Shown here piece by piece: positions 1 through 9,798 of a stretch of DNA of 64,000 bases. Below the pieces are notes generated by a model that saw only the letters and a program-made list of their open reading frames with translations, had not been told where the DNA came from and made no database searches. Source of the DNA: Fibrobacteria bacterium (GTDB taxonomy: Bacteria > Fibrobacterota > Fibrobacteria > UBA11236); assembly GCA_043745805.1 (NCBI GenBank), contig JAYTSD010000045.1:32001-96000 (forward strand), in the 5' to 3' direction. Numbering within the stretch: the first letter of the stretch is position 1; each line of letters starts with the position of its first letter. The position numbers and the translations under genes were made by a program.

Positions 1-1368
1 GAAACAGCAGGAGCGGTAGAAGACGCAAATCCCGAAGAATTTAATTCGCATTTAAAAATTTTATTACAAACCCTCGAAGAAGTCAGTTCCTTTGGGGCTT
101 TGGATGAAAAAGTCGGCATTTTAATTATCGACGATGATCCTTATATTAGTGATTTGCTCCGATCCTTATTAGAGAATTCACAAAGAGAAATTTTTATCGC
201 ACCAACGGCTGCCGAAGCGGAAGCGCTCTTAGAAGAAAAAAAAGTTTCTTTGATTTTACTGGATTTAGTGTTGCCCGATACCGATGGACGAAATTTTTTG
301 ATGCATCTTAAGGAAAGTTCCGGTACATCATCCATTCCGGTGATTGTATTATCCGCAAAATTAGGCGCTCAACCTAAAACCGAATGCTTTGCCTTAGGCG
401 CAGATGCGTATTTTGAAAAGCCCTTTGAAATAGATACCATTTCCGCCGCCGTATCGGCACAATTGCAACGCACAGAAATTAATATGCGTGAATCGCGCTC
501 CGATAATCTTACCGGGTTACCCAATAGAGCCGCCTTTAAGGAGGCTTTTGGAAGACAATCCTCTTTGGCTTTGCGTAAAGGGGAATCCTTATCGGTAGGG
601 ATTTTGGATTTGGATCGATTCAAATTTATTAATGATACTTATGGCCATGGTATGGGTGACGATGTACTGCGTCGCACTGCAAAAATTGTCGGCGCTACTT
701 TGCGTAAATCCGATTTGTTGGCGCGTTGGGGCGGTGAAGAATTTGTGATGCTTTTGCCAAATACCGATGCCGAAGGGGCTAGCAATGCGGTGCGTAAAGC
801 CCTAGAAGCCTTGCGTGAAGAACGTTTTACAGGTCCTGGCGATAAATTTTTTCAAGTCACATTCTCTGCGGGTATTGCAGAGTTAAAAGAAGGGGAATCT
901 GTTGACGATATTATTGCTGAAGCGGATCGTTTTCTTTATTTAGCGAAATCGCAAGGGCGCAATCGTGTGTTCACCGCTAAAGATAAAGCGCCCATAGTTT
1001 CCAAAACTATTATGTTAGCAGCAGATGATGAAACCGTTGTGGCGATTGTTAAAAACCGTTTAGGTCGAGAAGGTTTTCAAATTTCGCATTTTGCGGAAGC
1101 GGGCTTGGCTTTAGCGGCTTGTATGCAAGAACAGTTTTCTGTCTGTATAGTCGATGTAAAAGTGCCTAAAATGGGCGGCATAGAATTATTAACTCAATTA
1201 CGTGCCTCAGCAGCCATGTCCAAAACGCCGATCATTTTATTGACTTCAGCGGGTAAAGAAAAAGAAGTGGCCAAAGGCTTTGAATTGGGTGCGGACGATT
1301 ATTTGGTTAAACCATTTTCCCCTTTTGAATTATTAGCTCGTATTCGCAATGTCTTGCGTAGGGCATGA
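1..1368 (+). CDS. REC-GGDEF-REC diguanylate cyclase response regulator, 5'-truncated by the window edge
   Basis: Frame is open from base 1 (ETAGAVED...), so the TTG at 100 is probably not the real start. N-terminal REC (LLDLVLP), I-site RKSD, active site GGEEF, C-terminal REC (IVDVKVP, KPF). Confidence 0.93.
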   Translation, partial: ETAGAVEDANPEEFNSHLKILLQTLEEVSSFGALDEKVGILIIDDDPYISDLLRSLLENSQREIFIAPTAAEAEALLEEKKVSLILLDLVLPDTDGRNFLMHLKESSGTSSIPVIVLSAKLGAQPKTECFALGADAYFEKPFEIDTISAAVSAQLQRTEINMRESRSDNLTGLPNRAAFKEAFGRQSSLALRKGESLSVGILDLDRFKFINDTYGHGMGDDVLRRTAKIVGATLRKSDLLARWGGEEFVMLLPNTDAEGASNAVRKALEALREERFTGPGDKFFQVTFSAGIAELKEGESVDDIIAEADRFLYLAKSQGRNRVFTAKDKAPIVSKTIMLAADDETVVAIVKNRLGREGFQISHFAEAGLALAACMQEQFSVCIVDVKVPKMGGIELLTQLRASAAMSKTPIILLTSAGKEKEVAKGFELGADDYLVKPFSPFELLARIRNVLRRA

Positions 1369-1724
1369 AAATATTAATCATCGATGATGATCCTGATTTA
1401 CGATTAATCTTAAGCGTACTTTTGCAACAGGGTGGTTATACAACCTTGGAGGCAGAGAGTGGCGCACAAGGATTGCTTATAGCGGAACAAGATATTCCCG
1501 ATGTGATATTGCTGGATTTTGTAATGCCCGAAATGGATGGCCCACAGGTTTTACAGCAATTACAAGCGCATATTCTGCTCCAAAAAATTCCAATTATTTT
1601 TTGCACAGGCAAAAATGCGGCGACGCGAGAAGCCTGTATGCGTTTAGGTGCACGCGGAACCTTAGCCAAGCCATTTAATCCCCATACATTTTTAGTTGAA
1701 TTCAATGCTTTGCTTTCGCTTTAA
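1365..1724 (+). CDS. Single-domain response regulator (CheY-like)
   Basis: IIDDD, LLDFVMPEMDG, T and KPF motifs; ATGA overlap with the upstream gene. Confidence 0.92.
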   Translation: MKILIIDDDPDLRLILSVLLQQGGYTTLEAESGAQGLLIAEQDIPDVILLDFVMPEMDGPQVLQQLQAHILLQKIPIIFCTGKNAATREACMRLGARGTLAKPFNPHTFLVEFNALLSL

Positions 1725-1811
1725 CTATTTAATTTCCTCCTTTTATTTCCTTCCATTTTTCCTCCATTTCATTGCAAATACTGCGTTGAGCGAGTTACAA
1801 TAAAGAAGCTT

Positions 1812-2624
1812 ATGAATACTTCCATATTAATTTTATTGGCTTTGGGTTTAGCATTATTCGCTACCTTGCAACTTTGGATTTTTTTGCTCGCACAAAAGAA
1901 AAGGCAACGACAACTTTTTCTTCATGAGAGTGGAAATATTGAAATAGGATTTTCTGCTTTAGGGCCTTGGGTGGCTTTAAGAGGTGTTTTGCGGGTTACG
2001 GGTAAATCGGCTTTTGTCAGTGGTTTTGAATTAACCTTAGTGGATGAAAAGGATAAAAAGCAAAGAGATTTTTCATGGATAGCTTCGCGTTCGGGATTTT
2101 TACAAAGCGATGCTTCGGAATGGGAAACACCAGCTGGTTTTTTAGTTAGCGAAGATTCACCTAAACGTTACCATATCGTATTCGGAGATTTAAACCGCGC
2201 GCGCGCCAGCAAAGATTTATTATTGCGCTATAATGGGGTTTGGTCTGAGGCGGAAATTCAAATTTCGTCATTGCGGAAAAGCCAAAAAAATCCTGCGGAA
2301 ATTAAGAATTTAACGGAGGAAATCTTACAAGAATTCAAGCGCCGAGAAATTTGTTTTCAATCCTATACAGAATTGGATAAAGCTTGTTTTTGGGAGCATG
2401 GTTCTTACACATTAAATTTAAAAGTCAAAATGGAAGATCCTGAAAGTAGCATTGATAAAACCTTTGCTTTTTCTTTAAGTAAGGTGGATGTGAAGTTTTT
2501 AAAATCAAATAGCGTGTATTTATTAGATGAACCTATTGCTAAGGTTTTAAACTTACCCATTCCTAGCTTGCAAACCGTACAATTAGAATATGGCCATCCC
2601 GATGGTATATCGATTAAACGCTAA
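1812..2624 (+). CDS. Hypothetical protein with N-terminal membrane anchor
   Basis: 270-aa ORF with a hydrophobic N-terminus; TTGCAA-N18-TACAAT promoter-like sequence at 1772-1801. Confidence 0.75.
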   Translation: MNTSILILLALGLALFATLQLWIFLLAQKKRQRQLFLHESGNIEIGFSALGPWVALRGVLRVTGKSAFVSGFELTLVDEKDKKQRDFSWIASRSGFLQSDASEWETPAGFLVSEDSPKRYHIVFGDLNRARASKDLLLRYNGVWSEAEIQISSLRKSQKNPAEIKNLTEEILQEFKRREICFQSYTELDKACFWEHGSYTLNLKVKMEDPESSIDKTFAFSLSKVDVKFLKSNSVYLLDEPIAKVLNLPIPSLQTVQLEYGHPDGISIKR

Positions 2625-2773
2625 ATAGCCAACCTTTGGTTAATTTGAGTTTTTAAGTGTAAAATCCACCCCTCCATTTTAGTTAAAGCATAGTATATTG
2701 AGGCGTATTTGATTTTACCGCATCCTATATAATACAGGATAGCGGTTTTTCCATTTTTAGCCTCCGAGGATTC

Positions 2774-4048
2774 ATGAAAACACTCTCCTCAAAAGAGTCC
2801 TTAAGAAATTATTGTTTAGCTGCGTTTAGCGTAACGCTAATGTTACTAATGAGTTGTCAAACCGAAAAGACCCAACGCATAGCCGCTGCTTTGCCGGTAC
2901 CTCCAAGTATGGATACCGTGCAGGAATACATTCATACGGGACAAACCTATGGTAATTTGGTGACCAATTGGGATATCAATGAAGCCGATAAAACCTTATG
3001 GTTACAAGCTATTTCACAAAACTTTCCCACTAAAATTTATGCGGGCCAAGGCTATCGCTTAATAAGCCGTTATAGTGATTCGGTAAAAACCTTACAATCT
3101 TTTTTATTAGAAGATCGCGACGGTGGACAATTTCATGTGTTATCCCTTAAGGTCGACAGCTTAAACGGCATTAGTTTAGCCTATCAAACCGAAAAAATTA
3201 TTTTCCATACGGATACAGTTACCGTAGAAGGAAGCTTACATAGTAGCCTCTATGAGGCCTTTATGGACTTAAAAGAAACGCCCGCTTTGGCTGTTGAAAT
3301 GACAGAAATATTTGCTTGGGACATCGATTTTTTCAAAGATCCACGCAAAGGCGATTCTTTTTCTTTATTGGTGGAAAAACGTTTTACTCCCGAAGGCAAA
3401 CTCAAAGGCTATGGACCGATTCTATCGGCACGTTATACCAATCAAGGACATCCTTATGCGGCGGTTCGTTTTGATGGCGCTTATTATTCTCTCGAAGGAA
3501 AGAGCTTGGAAAAAGTTCTCCTGAAAGCTCCTTTACATTATACGCGTGTTTCCTCTTGTTTTACTAATTCTCGATTACATCCGATTTTAGGAATTCGCCG
3601 TCCTCATTGGGGCATTGATTATGCCGCTCCCATGGGCACTAAAATTTTAGCCGCAGGCGATGGTATGGTAGAGGTGGCACAGTTTCAAGGTGGCTTTGGA
3701 AATACCGTGCGTATTCGGCACAATAGCCTGTACACCACATATTATGGGCATTTGCAAGGTTTTGGCCCGGGAATCCATGCTGGCACGCGCGTACATCAAG
3801 GACAGGTCATCGGCTTTTTGGGCATGACAGGTTTAGCCACAGGGCCACATTTGGATTATCGGGTACAAAAATCAGGACAATTTATTAATCCCGCAGGAAT
3901 CAAAACCGAAGCCAAAGAAGGCGTTTCCACCCTCCAGTGGACCGCTTTTTGCACGCAACGTGACGGTTACCTGACTCGTATGGATAAAAAGGATTCTTCT
4001 CGCGTGGCTTATTTGCCAAAAACAGAGGCAGAGAAGCAACAGAATTAA
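2774..4048 (+). CDS. M23 family peptidoglycan DD-endopeptidase (MepM/Csd3-like), probable lipoprotein
   Basis: HWGID (HxxxD), YYGHL and GPHLDY motifs; WDIDF middle domain; LMSC lipobox; SD GAGG. Confidence 0.9.
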   Translation: MKTLSSKESLRNYCLAAFSVTLMLLMSCQTEKTQRIAAALPVPPSMDTVQEYIHTGQTYGNLVTNWDINEADKTLWLQAISQNFPTKIYAGQGYRLISRYSDSVKTLQSFLLEDRDGGQFHVLSLKVDSLNGISLAYQTEKIIFHTDTVTVEGSLHSSLYEAFMDLKETPALAVEMTEIFAWDIDFFKDPRKGDSFSLLVEKRFTPEGKLKGYGPILSARYTNQGHPYAAVRFDGAYYSLEGKSLEKVLLKAPLHYTRVSSCFTNSRLHPILGIRRPHWGIDYAAPMGTKILAAGDGMVEVAQFQGGFGNTVRIRHNSLYTTYYGHLQGFGPGIHAGTRVHQGQVIGFLGMTGLATGPHLDYRVQKSGQFINPAGIKTEAKEGVSTLQWTAFCTQRDGYLTRMDKKDSSRVAYLPKTEAEKQQN

Positions 4049-4136
4049 TTGCTGTAAGCGTTTTCTGCTTTACCCAGCCTTGCCAGAATCAGGGGCAATG
4101 CTTACTGTTATTTCGCCTTTAAAAAGCAAAATAACT

Positions 4137-4835
4137 ATGAATAAACAGTATCTATTAATTTCTCTCATGCTGCTATTTTTTGCCACGACCTTATCGTTTG
4201 GTGCTTCTGAAAAAATAGCGCAACTTAATCAGGCTAAAATTCACTGGGAATACAGTGAAGGTAATTTTGAAACAGTAATTGAATTACTGGAAGGTTTCCG
4301 CAAATCAAAAAGCTCGTGTAATCAAGCTGACAGTATTTTTTTGAATAAACATTTAGGTGTAGTCTATGCTTCAAATCCAAATACTCGTGAAAAAGGAAAG
4401 TATTATTTTTTTAAAATGCTTGAAGTTTCTTCTACTGCTGACCTTTCCGATATGTTCGTCAGTGACGATATCGACAAATTATTTACCAAAGTAAAACTGG
4501 AAAATGTGTCGCGTTCAAAAACTCCTAAAATGGACAGCTCTGCATTAGTGGCGGCTCCTTGGAAAAAAGTAGAATTAACAAAAAAAGAAAATCTTGATTC
4601 CACTCAATCACATCCTAATAATCTAATGGTTAAAACTTCTACTCCTCCTCCTCCTCATAAATCCAATAAATCTCAGCCTATACAAAAATTTGAAGAATCT
4701 TCATCGCATATTTGGTTGTGGACAGCCTTAGGGGGTAGCGCTTTAATAGCAACAGGAAGTTATTTTTATTTAGTAAATCAAACAGATCCTAAAACAACAA
4801 CTTACACCGTTCCTCAATCGGTGAATGGCCATTAA
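4137..4835 (+). CDS. Exported helical protein with C-terminal TM segment
   Basis: ATG at 4137 begins a signal peptide; P/K/S-rich linker; C-terminal hydrophobic helix HIWLWTALGGSALIATGSYFYLV. Confidence 0.7.
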   Translation: MNKQYLLISLMLLFFATTLSFGASEKIAQLNQAKIHWEYSEGNFETVIELLEGFRKSKSSCNQADSIFLNKHLGVVYASNPNTREKGKYYFFKMLEVSSTADLSDMFVSDDIDKLFTKVKLENVSRSKTPKMDSSALVAAPWKKVELTKKENLDSTQSHPNNLMVKTSTPPPPHKSNKSQPIQKFEESSSHIWLWTALGGSALIATGSYFYLVNQTDPKTTTYTVPQSVNGH

Positions 4836-7800
4836 ATTTATGCAAAATCAAATTTTAGTTAAAAGCCATAAAAATTTTTACACATTTTTAATCAGTCTTT
4901 TTTGTGCAGCGGTTTTGCTTTGTTGTAATTTGGCGGATAATGGAAAAGACAAAGTTGTAATTAATGTGGATGCCGATTCGAGTTTAACGAAATTTTCTAA
5001 AACACAAGTATTAATGATTGACGATGTCACTAAGGACACCACGGTTTTATTCGATGGAAAATTAAATTCATTATCCCAATTAAAAAATATTGCTGCTCCA
5101 AATTATCGCGGCCAAAAAGTAAAAATTATTATCCGAGGATTTTACGATGATATTTTATCCTATGAAGAAGATCGTGATTTTGATGGACAAAACAATAAAA
5201 TTACCGATAAAAAAATTGTTATAGATACTATCAAAATTACACCCCCTATCGATAAACCCCTCAATAAAAAACCTTATTTTTTGAATAATTCAGGGAAGCA
5301 AGAATTAGATATTTCTATTAAGGATACCGTTACTTTTATCGATTCGGCTTTAGATGAAGATGGAAACATTAAAGACTTTGCATTTGATTTTAATGGAGAT
5401 GGGAAATTCGACAGTAGTATAAGTATGACTGCTAATAAAGTAAAAGTTAATGCGCTACATGTTTATAATGATTCTGGAAAATATAAAGCTATCATGCGAG
5501 TTACTGATGATTCTGGTGCTTTGGCTTATGACACCATAGAAATTTTGGTAGAAAAAGATGTTCCTAAGGTTGACCCTGGCCCGAAAATAGTGAAGCGTCC
5601 AGGAATAGTCGATTTGAGCGGGTCTTATACGCAAAAATTTGGAAAAATTGTGATGTTCAAATGGGATTTTGATGGGGATGGTAAATACGACGATTCTTCA
5701 GCCACTACTGCCTTGATGAGTCACAACTATGTAAATGAAAATACCTACCTGGCTCGGTTTTATGTACGTGATGACGATGGCAATGAAGCCACCGGTACAC
5801 GAGAAGTTGTTATTTCTGCAACCCAAAAAATAGTGAATACCTTACCAAGTATTTCTGGTTTTACCCATGTTTTTTTAAAAAGCATTAAAGATACGGTTAA
5901 CTTGAATGTTACTGCTTCTGATGAAGATGGAAAGGTCATGCAATATAGCTGGGATTATAACCATGATGGTAAAGCGGATACTACTATTACTACAAACGCT
6001 AAAGTAGTGAGCATTTCATTTTCTAAAGTATACCCTGATTCTGGTTCGTTTAAATTGATTTTGAATGTTAAAGATGATTCTGGAGCAGTTGTTTCGGACA
6101 CATCCATTGTTAATGTGTTATTGGATGCTCCAAAAGCCAATGCCGGCAATGATACCACGGTGATAACAGGGACAGCGATTTGGTTACATGCTGAAGGTTC
6201 CGATCAAATGGGTAAAGTTGTTAAACGAGAATGGAAAATTGGCGATGGTGCTTTTATTCCCGTGTCCAAAGATGATACGACCCTCATGGCAGGAGTGGTA
6301 GGCAAATTGACTTGCACTTTGCGTATTACAGACGATGATGGCAATCAAACTCTTGACGATAAAGTAATAACCATCAATGTCCCTGCAGCCAATGTGTTGC
6401 CGCAAATTACCAATATCAGTATCAATAAAGATACTTGTACCATAGGTGACACCTTGACCATTACTGCTCATGGCAAAGATACGGATGGTAAAGTTCTTCA
6501 GTATTTATTGGATTATGAAGGTGACGGAAAATACGATGATTCCGCATATGTGAATTTAGCAGATATTGATATTTTGATGAAACATCGCTATGTAAAAACT
6601 GGATTTTTTACCACATCCGTGAAAATAAAAGATGATCAAGGTGGATTAGCGGAAAAATCTTATAGTGTAAATGTGAAGTCTGCATTGCCTACACCAAATC
6701 CTGGCCAAGATACCACGGTTTATGCGGGAACGTCTATTAAATTGCATGCCAAAGGTTTTGATCGATATAACAATACAGTAAAATTAGAATGGAAAGGACC
6801 CGATGGAATTTATCGCTTAGTAGGTGCTTCAGATACTACTGTAGCTGCACCGCAAATGGCTACTGTTTCCGTTTATTATTTACGTGCTACCGATATTTTT
6901 GGACAAACCAGTGAAAAATCTATCAATGTAACCGTAATTATGGCTTCAGTATCGGTTCATGTCATTTTGGATGGCAAAGATTCTGTTTTTGATGCGATTC
7001 CATTGGCTGTGGGTGGTAAGGTAACTTATATGATAGATACAACAAAATTAAAATCATATAGTTTTCAAAAATGGGTAGTAATAAGTGGTTCGGTAGATAT
7101 TTCTGATACGAATAGCCGAAAAACTGATATTACACTGAATGCAAATGCGGCTGTAATAAAGGCTAATATGATTTCCAAAAAGATTTTGGTTATAAGTGCT
7201 ACGGGCGGGTTTTCACATGGTGCGGCAATAGCAGCAGCTAGAACCATGATTTCTCAATTGGGATTAGATCATAATTTTGCGATAGATTTTTCAGATTCAA
7301 CGAGAAACCTTCCTCCGGGGTATTTTGCCAAATATCAAACCGTGGTTTTTAATCAGGTAACGCATGCAGGTTCTATTTTCGATGATTTTTCTAAATTAGT
7401 TTTTGAAGCATACTATCAAGCAGGTGGTGGATATGTGGGGATGCATGGATCAAGCGATTTGGGCGCCACTTGGGATAATTATGCGGATATATTAGGAGCC
7501 GTTTTTGCTAGTCATAAAGGTAGTTTAGGAAATTTATTATTGGATACTGAGGCTTCAGGGCAAGCTGTAGCTCAGGGATTACCATCGAGTTACAATAACC
7601 TTGATGAAGAATGGTATAACTTGGACAAAAATCCTCGTGGTTCATCAGGAACCAAAATGTTATTTACAGTCCGTAACGATTCTCTATTGGGCGGTAGCAC
7701 GGTTGAACATCCCGTATCGTGGATTCGTAATTACAAGGGAGGCAGAATGTTTTATACCTCTATGGGACATAGTGCCGCACCCTTTAAATTGCCTTTTATA

Positions 7801-7848
7801 ATCAACCATTTTTACCAAGGTATAGTTTGGTCCGCTAATTGGAAATAA
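4825..7848 (+). CDS. Large lipoprotein with tandem PKD/Ig-like repeats and C-terminal ThuA-like domain
   Basis: LLCC lipobox; repeated WDFDGDGxxD and V.DD.G PKD motifs; ThuA-like motifs GGGYVGMH, DEEWY and HPVSW...GRMFYTSMGH. Confidence 0.85.
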   Translation: MAIKFMQNQILVKSHKNFYTFLISLFCAAVLLCCNLADNGKDKVVINVDADSSLTKFSKTQVLMIDDVTKDTTVLFDGKLNSLSQLKNIAAPNYRGQKVKIIIRGFYDDILSYEEDRDFDGQNNKITDKKIVIDTIKITPPIDKPLNKKPYFLNNSGKQELDISIKDTVTFIDSALDEDGNIKDFAFDFNGDGKFDSSISMTANKVKVNALHVYNDSGKYKAIMRVTDDSGALAYDTIEILVEKDVPKVDPGPKIVKRPGIVDLSGSYTQKFGKIVMFKWDFDGDGKYDDSSATTALMSHNYVNENTYLARFYVRDDDGNEATGTREVVISATQKIVNTLPSISGFTHVFLKSIKDTVNLNVTASDEDGKVMQYSWDYNHDGKADTTITTNAKVVSISFSKVYPDSGSFKLILNVKDDSGAVVSDTSIVNVLLDAPKANAGNDTTVITGTAIWLHAEGSDQMGKVVKREWKIGDGAFIPVSKDDTTLMAGVVGKLTCTLRITDDDGNQTLDDKVITINVPAANVLPQITNISINKDTCTIGDTLTITAHGKDTDGKVLQYLLDYEGDGKYDDSAYVNLADIDILMKHRYVKTGFFTTSVKIKDDQGGLAEKSYSVNVKSALPTPNPGQDTTVYAGTSIKLHAKGFDRYNNTVKLEWKGPDGIYRLVGASDTTVAAPQMATVSVYYLRATDIFGQTSEKSINVTVIMASVSVHVILDGKDSVFDAIPLAVGGKVTYMIDTTKLKSYSFQKWVVISGSVDISDTNSRKTDITLNANAAVIKANMISKKILVISATGGFSHGAAIAAARTMISQLGLDHNFAIDFSDSTRNLPPGYFAKYQTVVFNQVTHAGSIFDDFSKLVFEAYYQAGGGYVGMHGSSDLGATWDNYADILGAVFASHKGSLGNLLLDTEASGQAVAQGLPSSYNNLDEEWYNLDKNPRGSSGTKMLFTVRNDSLLGGSTVEHPVSWIRNYKGGRMFYTSMGHSAAPFKLPFIINHFYQGIVWSANWK

Positions 7849-7935
7849 TTCGCTGGCTTAATGGCTAATGCTGAATTAGTTTCTCAGTATTCTTTATCTC
7901 TTTATATTCAACATTTACTTGATTGAGGAATTAAA

Positions 7936-8502
7936 ATGGTTGCAGCCAAATCTAAACCCATAACTAAATCTGTTACTAAAAAAAAGCCTGAAGCAAAAGC
8001 CACAACGAATGCTAAGCCTATCAAAGCACCCAAGCCCTCTGCTATGTCCATCCTAAAAGTAGGCGACAAAGCGCCAGCCTTTAAATTGCAAGATGACATG
8101 GGAAAAACGGTTACCCTCGAAGACTTTAAAGGGAAAAAATTAGTATTGTACTTTTATCCCAAAGACAATACCCCAGGTTGCACGCAAGAAGCCTGCGACT
8201 TCAACGAGGGTTTAGCGAAAATAAAAAAAGCGGGTGCTGAAGTGGTAGGCGTAAGCGCAGACTCCATAGCCGCCCATCAAAAATTTAAAACCAAATACAA
8301 TTTAGGGTTTCGTTTGCTCAGTGATGAAAGCAAAGTTATGCTCGAAAGTTATGGCGTATGGCAAGAGAAGTCCTTGTATGGCCGCAAATTCATGGGCATT
8401 GTGCGTAGCACATTTATCATTGATGAAAAAGGCAAAATCCAAATGATATTTCCCAAAGTAAAAGTAGCGGAACATTTTGAAGAAGTATTACAAGCGCTAT
8501 AA
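7936..8502 (+). CDS. bcp: Peroxiredoxin Q/BCP with Lys-rich N-terminal extension
   Basis: YFYPKDNTPGCTQEACDF motif; SD GAGG upstream of 7936. Confidence 0.93.
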   Translation: MVAAKSKPITKSVTKKKPEAKATTNAKPIKAPKPSAMSILKVGDKAPAFKLQDDMGKTVTLEDFKGKKLVLYFYPKDNTPGCTQEACDFNEGLAKIKKAGAEVVGVSADSIAAHQKFKTKYNLGFRLLSDESKVMLESYGVWQEKSLYGRKFMGIVRSTFIIDEKGKIQMIFPKVKVAEHFEEVLQAL

Positions 8503-9740
8503 TGCTTCCCATTGTCAAAAAGAAAATAGTTCTCCTGGGTGCTGGCTTCGCCGCTTTTCGCTTTTTAAAAGAAATTGATAATGAATTATTTGATGTTACC
8601 TTGGTGAGTCCACGGAATCATTTTGTGTTTACGCCCTTGTTACCAAGTACTACCGTAGGTACGGTGGAATTTCGTAGCATTATGGAACCTGTACGTTACG
8701 CCTTTCCGGGACTGGAATTTTGCTTAGCTTCGGCCACACACTTAGACGTGGACCAGAAAATTTTACATTGCCAAAGTGGTATTGATGCTTATCAATTTTC
8801 CTTAATATATGACATTCTCATTCTTGCCGTAGGCGCTATTAGCAGCACTTTCGGGGTGGAAGGGGTAAAGGAAAACGCTCTTTTTTTAAAAGAAATTTCA
8901 GATGCCAGGGCTTTACGACAAAAAATTATCGCTTGTCTAGAACAAGCTTCCGAACCCGGAATTTCTACTGAAGAAAGAAAACGCCTATTGCATTTTGTGG
9001 TGGTTGGTGGTGGCCCAACAGGTGTGGAATTTGCGGCTGAGTTACACGATTTTTTATCAGAAGATTTAGAAAAAGCCTATGCAGCTTTAAAAGGCGATGT
9101 ACGTATTTCTTTAGTGGATGCGGGTAAATATTTGCTCAGTAGTTTTGATCAGACTTTAGGAGAATATGCTGCGGCTCATTTTCAACGCAAACGCATTGAA
9201 GTGAAAAATCAATGCCATGTGGTGAAAGTGGAAAAAGAAAAATTGCATCTGCAAAATGGCGAACAAATTCCCTATGGTTTTTTGGCATGGACTGCCGGCA
9301 TCGCTCCTACCGATTTTGTGCAGACTTTGCCTTTTTCGAAGGACAAAGCAGGTCGCTTAAGCGTTAATGAATTTTTTCAGATTAATAATTATCCTGCACA
9401 TTATGCTTTGGGTGATTGCATGGCTCTGGCATTAAATCCATTACCCGCTACGGCTCAAGTGGCCGAACAAGAAGGCATGTATCTTGGACGTTACCTTAAT
9501 GCACAAGCCAAGCAAAAAACCATAAAACCTTTTCGTTATAAGCATGCTGGTATGTTGGCCTATATCGGTGGACAACGCGGTTTAGCGGATTTAAATGGAT
9601 TTAAGGGCAAAGGTTTTTCCACCTTTATTTTTTGGCGTTCAGCCTATTTCACTAAATTGGTGAGTTTTCGGAATAAAACCTTGGTTTTATTTGATTGGTG
9701 CAAAACTTTTTTATTCGGTCGCGATATTAGCCGGATGTAA
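8502..9740 (+). CDS. ndh: Type II NADH:quinone oxidoreductase
   Basis: GAGFAA, FTPLLP, GGGPTGVEFAAE, ALGD and PATAQVAEQEG motifs. Confidence 0.9.
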   Translation: MLPIVKKKIVLLGAGFAAFRFLKEIDNELFDVTLVSPRNHFVFTPLLPSTTVGTVEFRSIMEPVRYAFPGLEFCLASATHLDVDQKILHCQSGIDAYQFSLIYDILILAVGAISSTFGVEGVKENALFLKEISDARALRQKIIACLEQASEPGISTEERKRLLHFVVVGGGPTGVEFAAELHDFLSEDLEKAYAALKGDVRISLVDAGKYLLSSFDQTLGEYAAAHFQRKRIEVKNQCHVVKVEKEKLHLQNGEQIPYGFLAWTAGIAPTDFVQTLPFSKDKAGRLSVNEFFQINNYPAHYALGDCMALALNPLPATAQVAEQEGMYLGRYLNAQAKQKTIKPFRYKHAGMLAYIGGQRGLADLNGFKGKGFSTFIFWRSAYFTKLVSFRNKTLVLFDWCKTFLFGRDISRM

Positions 9741-9798
9741 TGCCGCGAAGAAAATCCGCGAGCCCTTGCACCTATAACAATTTCCTTGTGGAGTATTT

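Noticed and set aside
100..102. TTG start for the diguanylate cyclase
   Set aside because: The reading frame is open to base 1 with protein-like sequence and there is no convincing SD, so the gene probably starts outside the window.
1733..1770. Three TTTCCT(T)CC pyrimidine repeats (GGA-rich on the minus strand) as a CsrA-sponge-like RNA
   Set aside because: Too short, with no hairpin context or promoter evidence; low complexity explains it.
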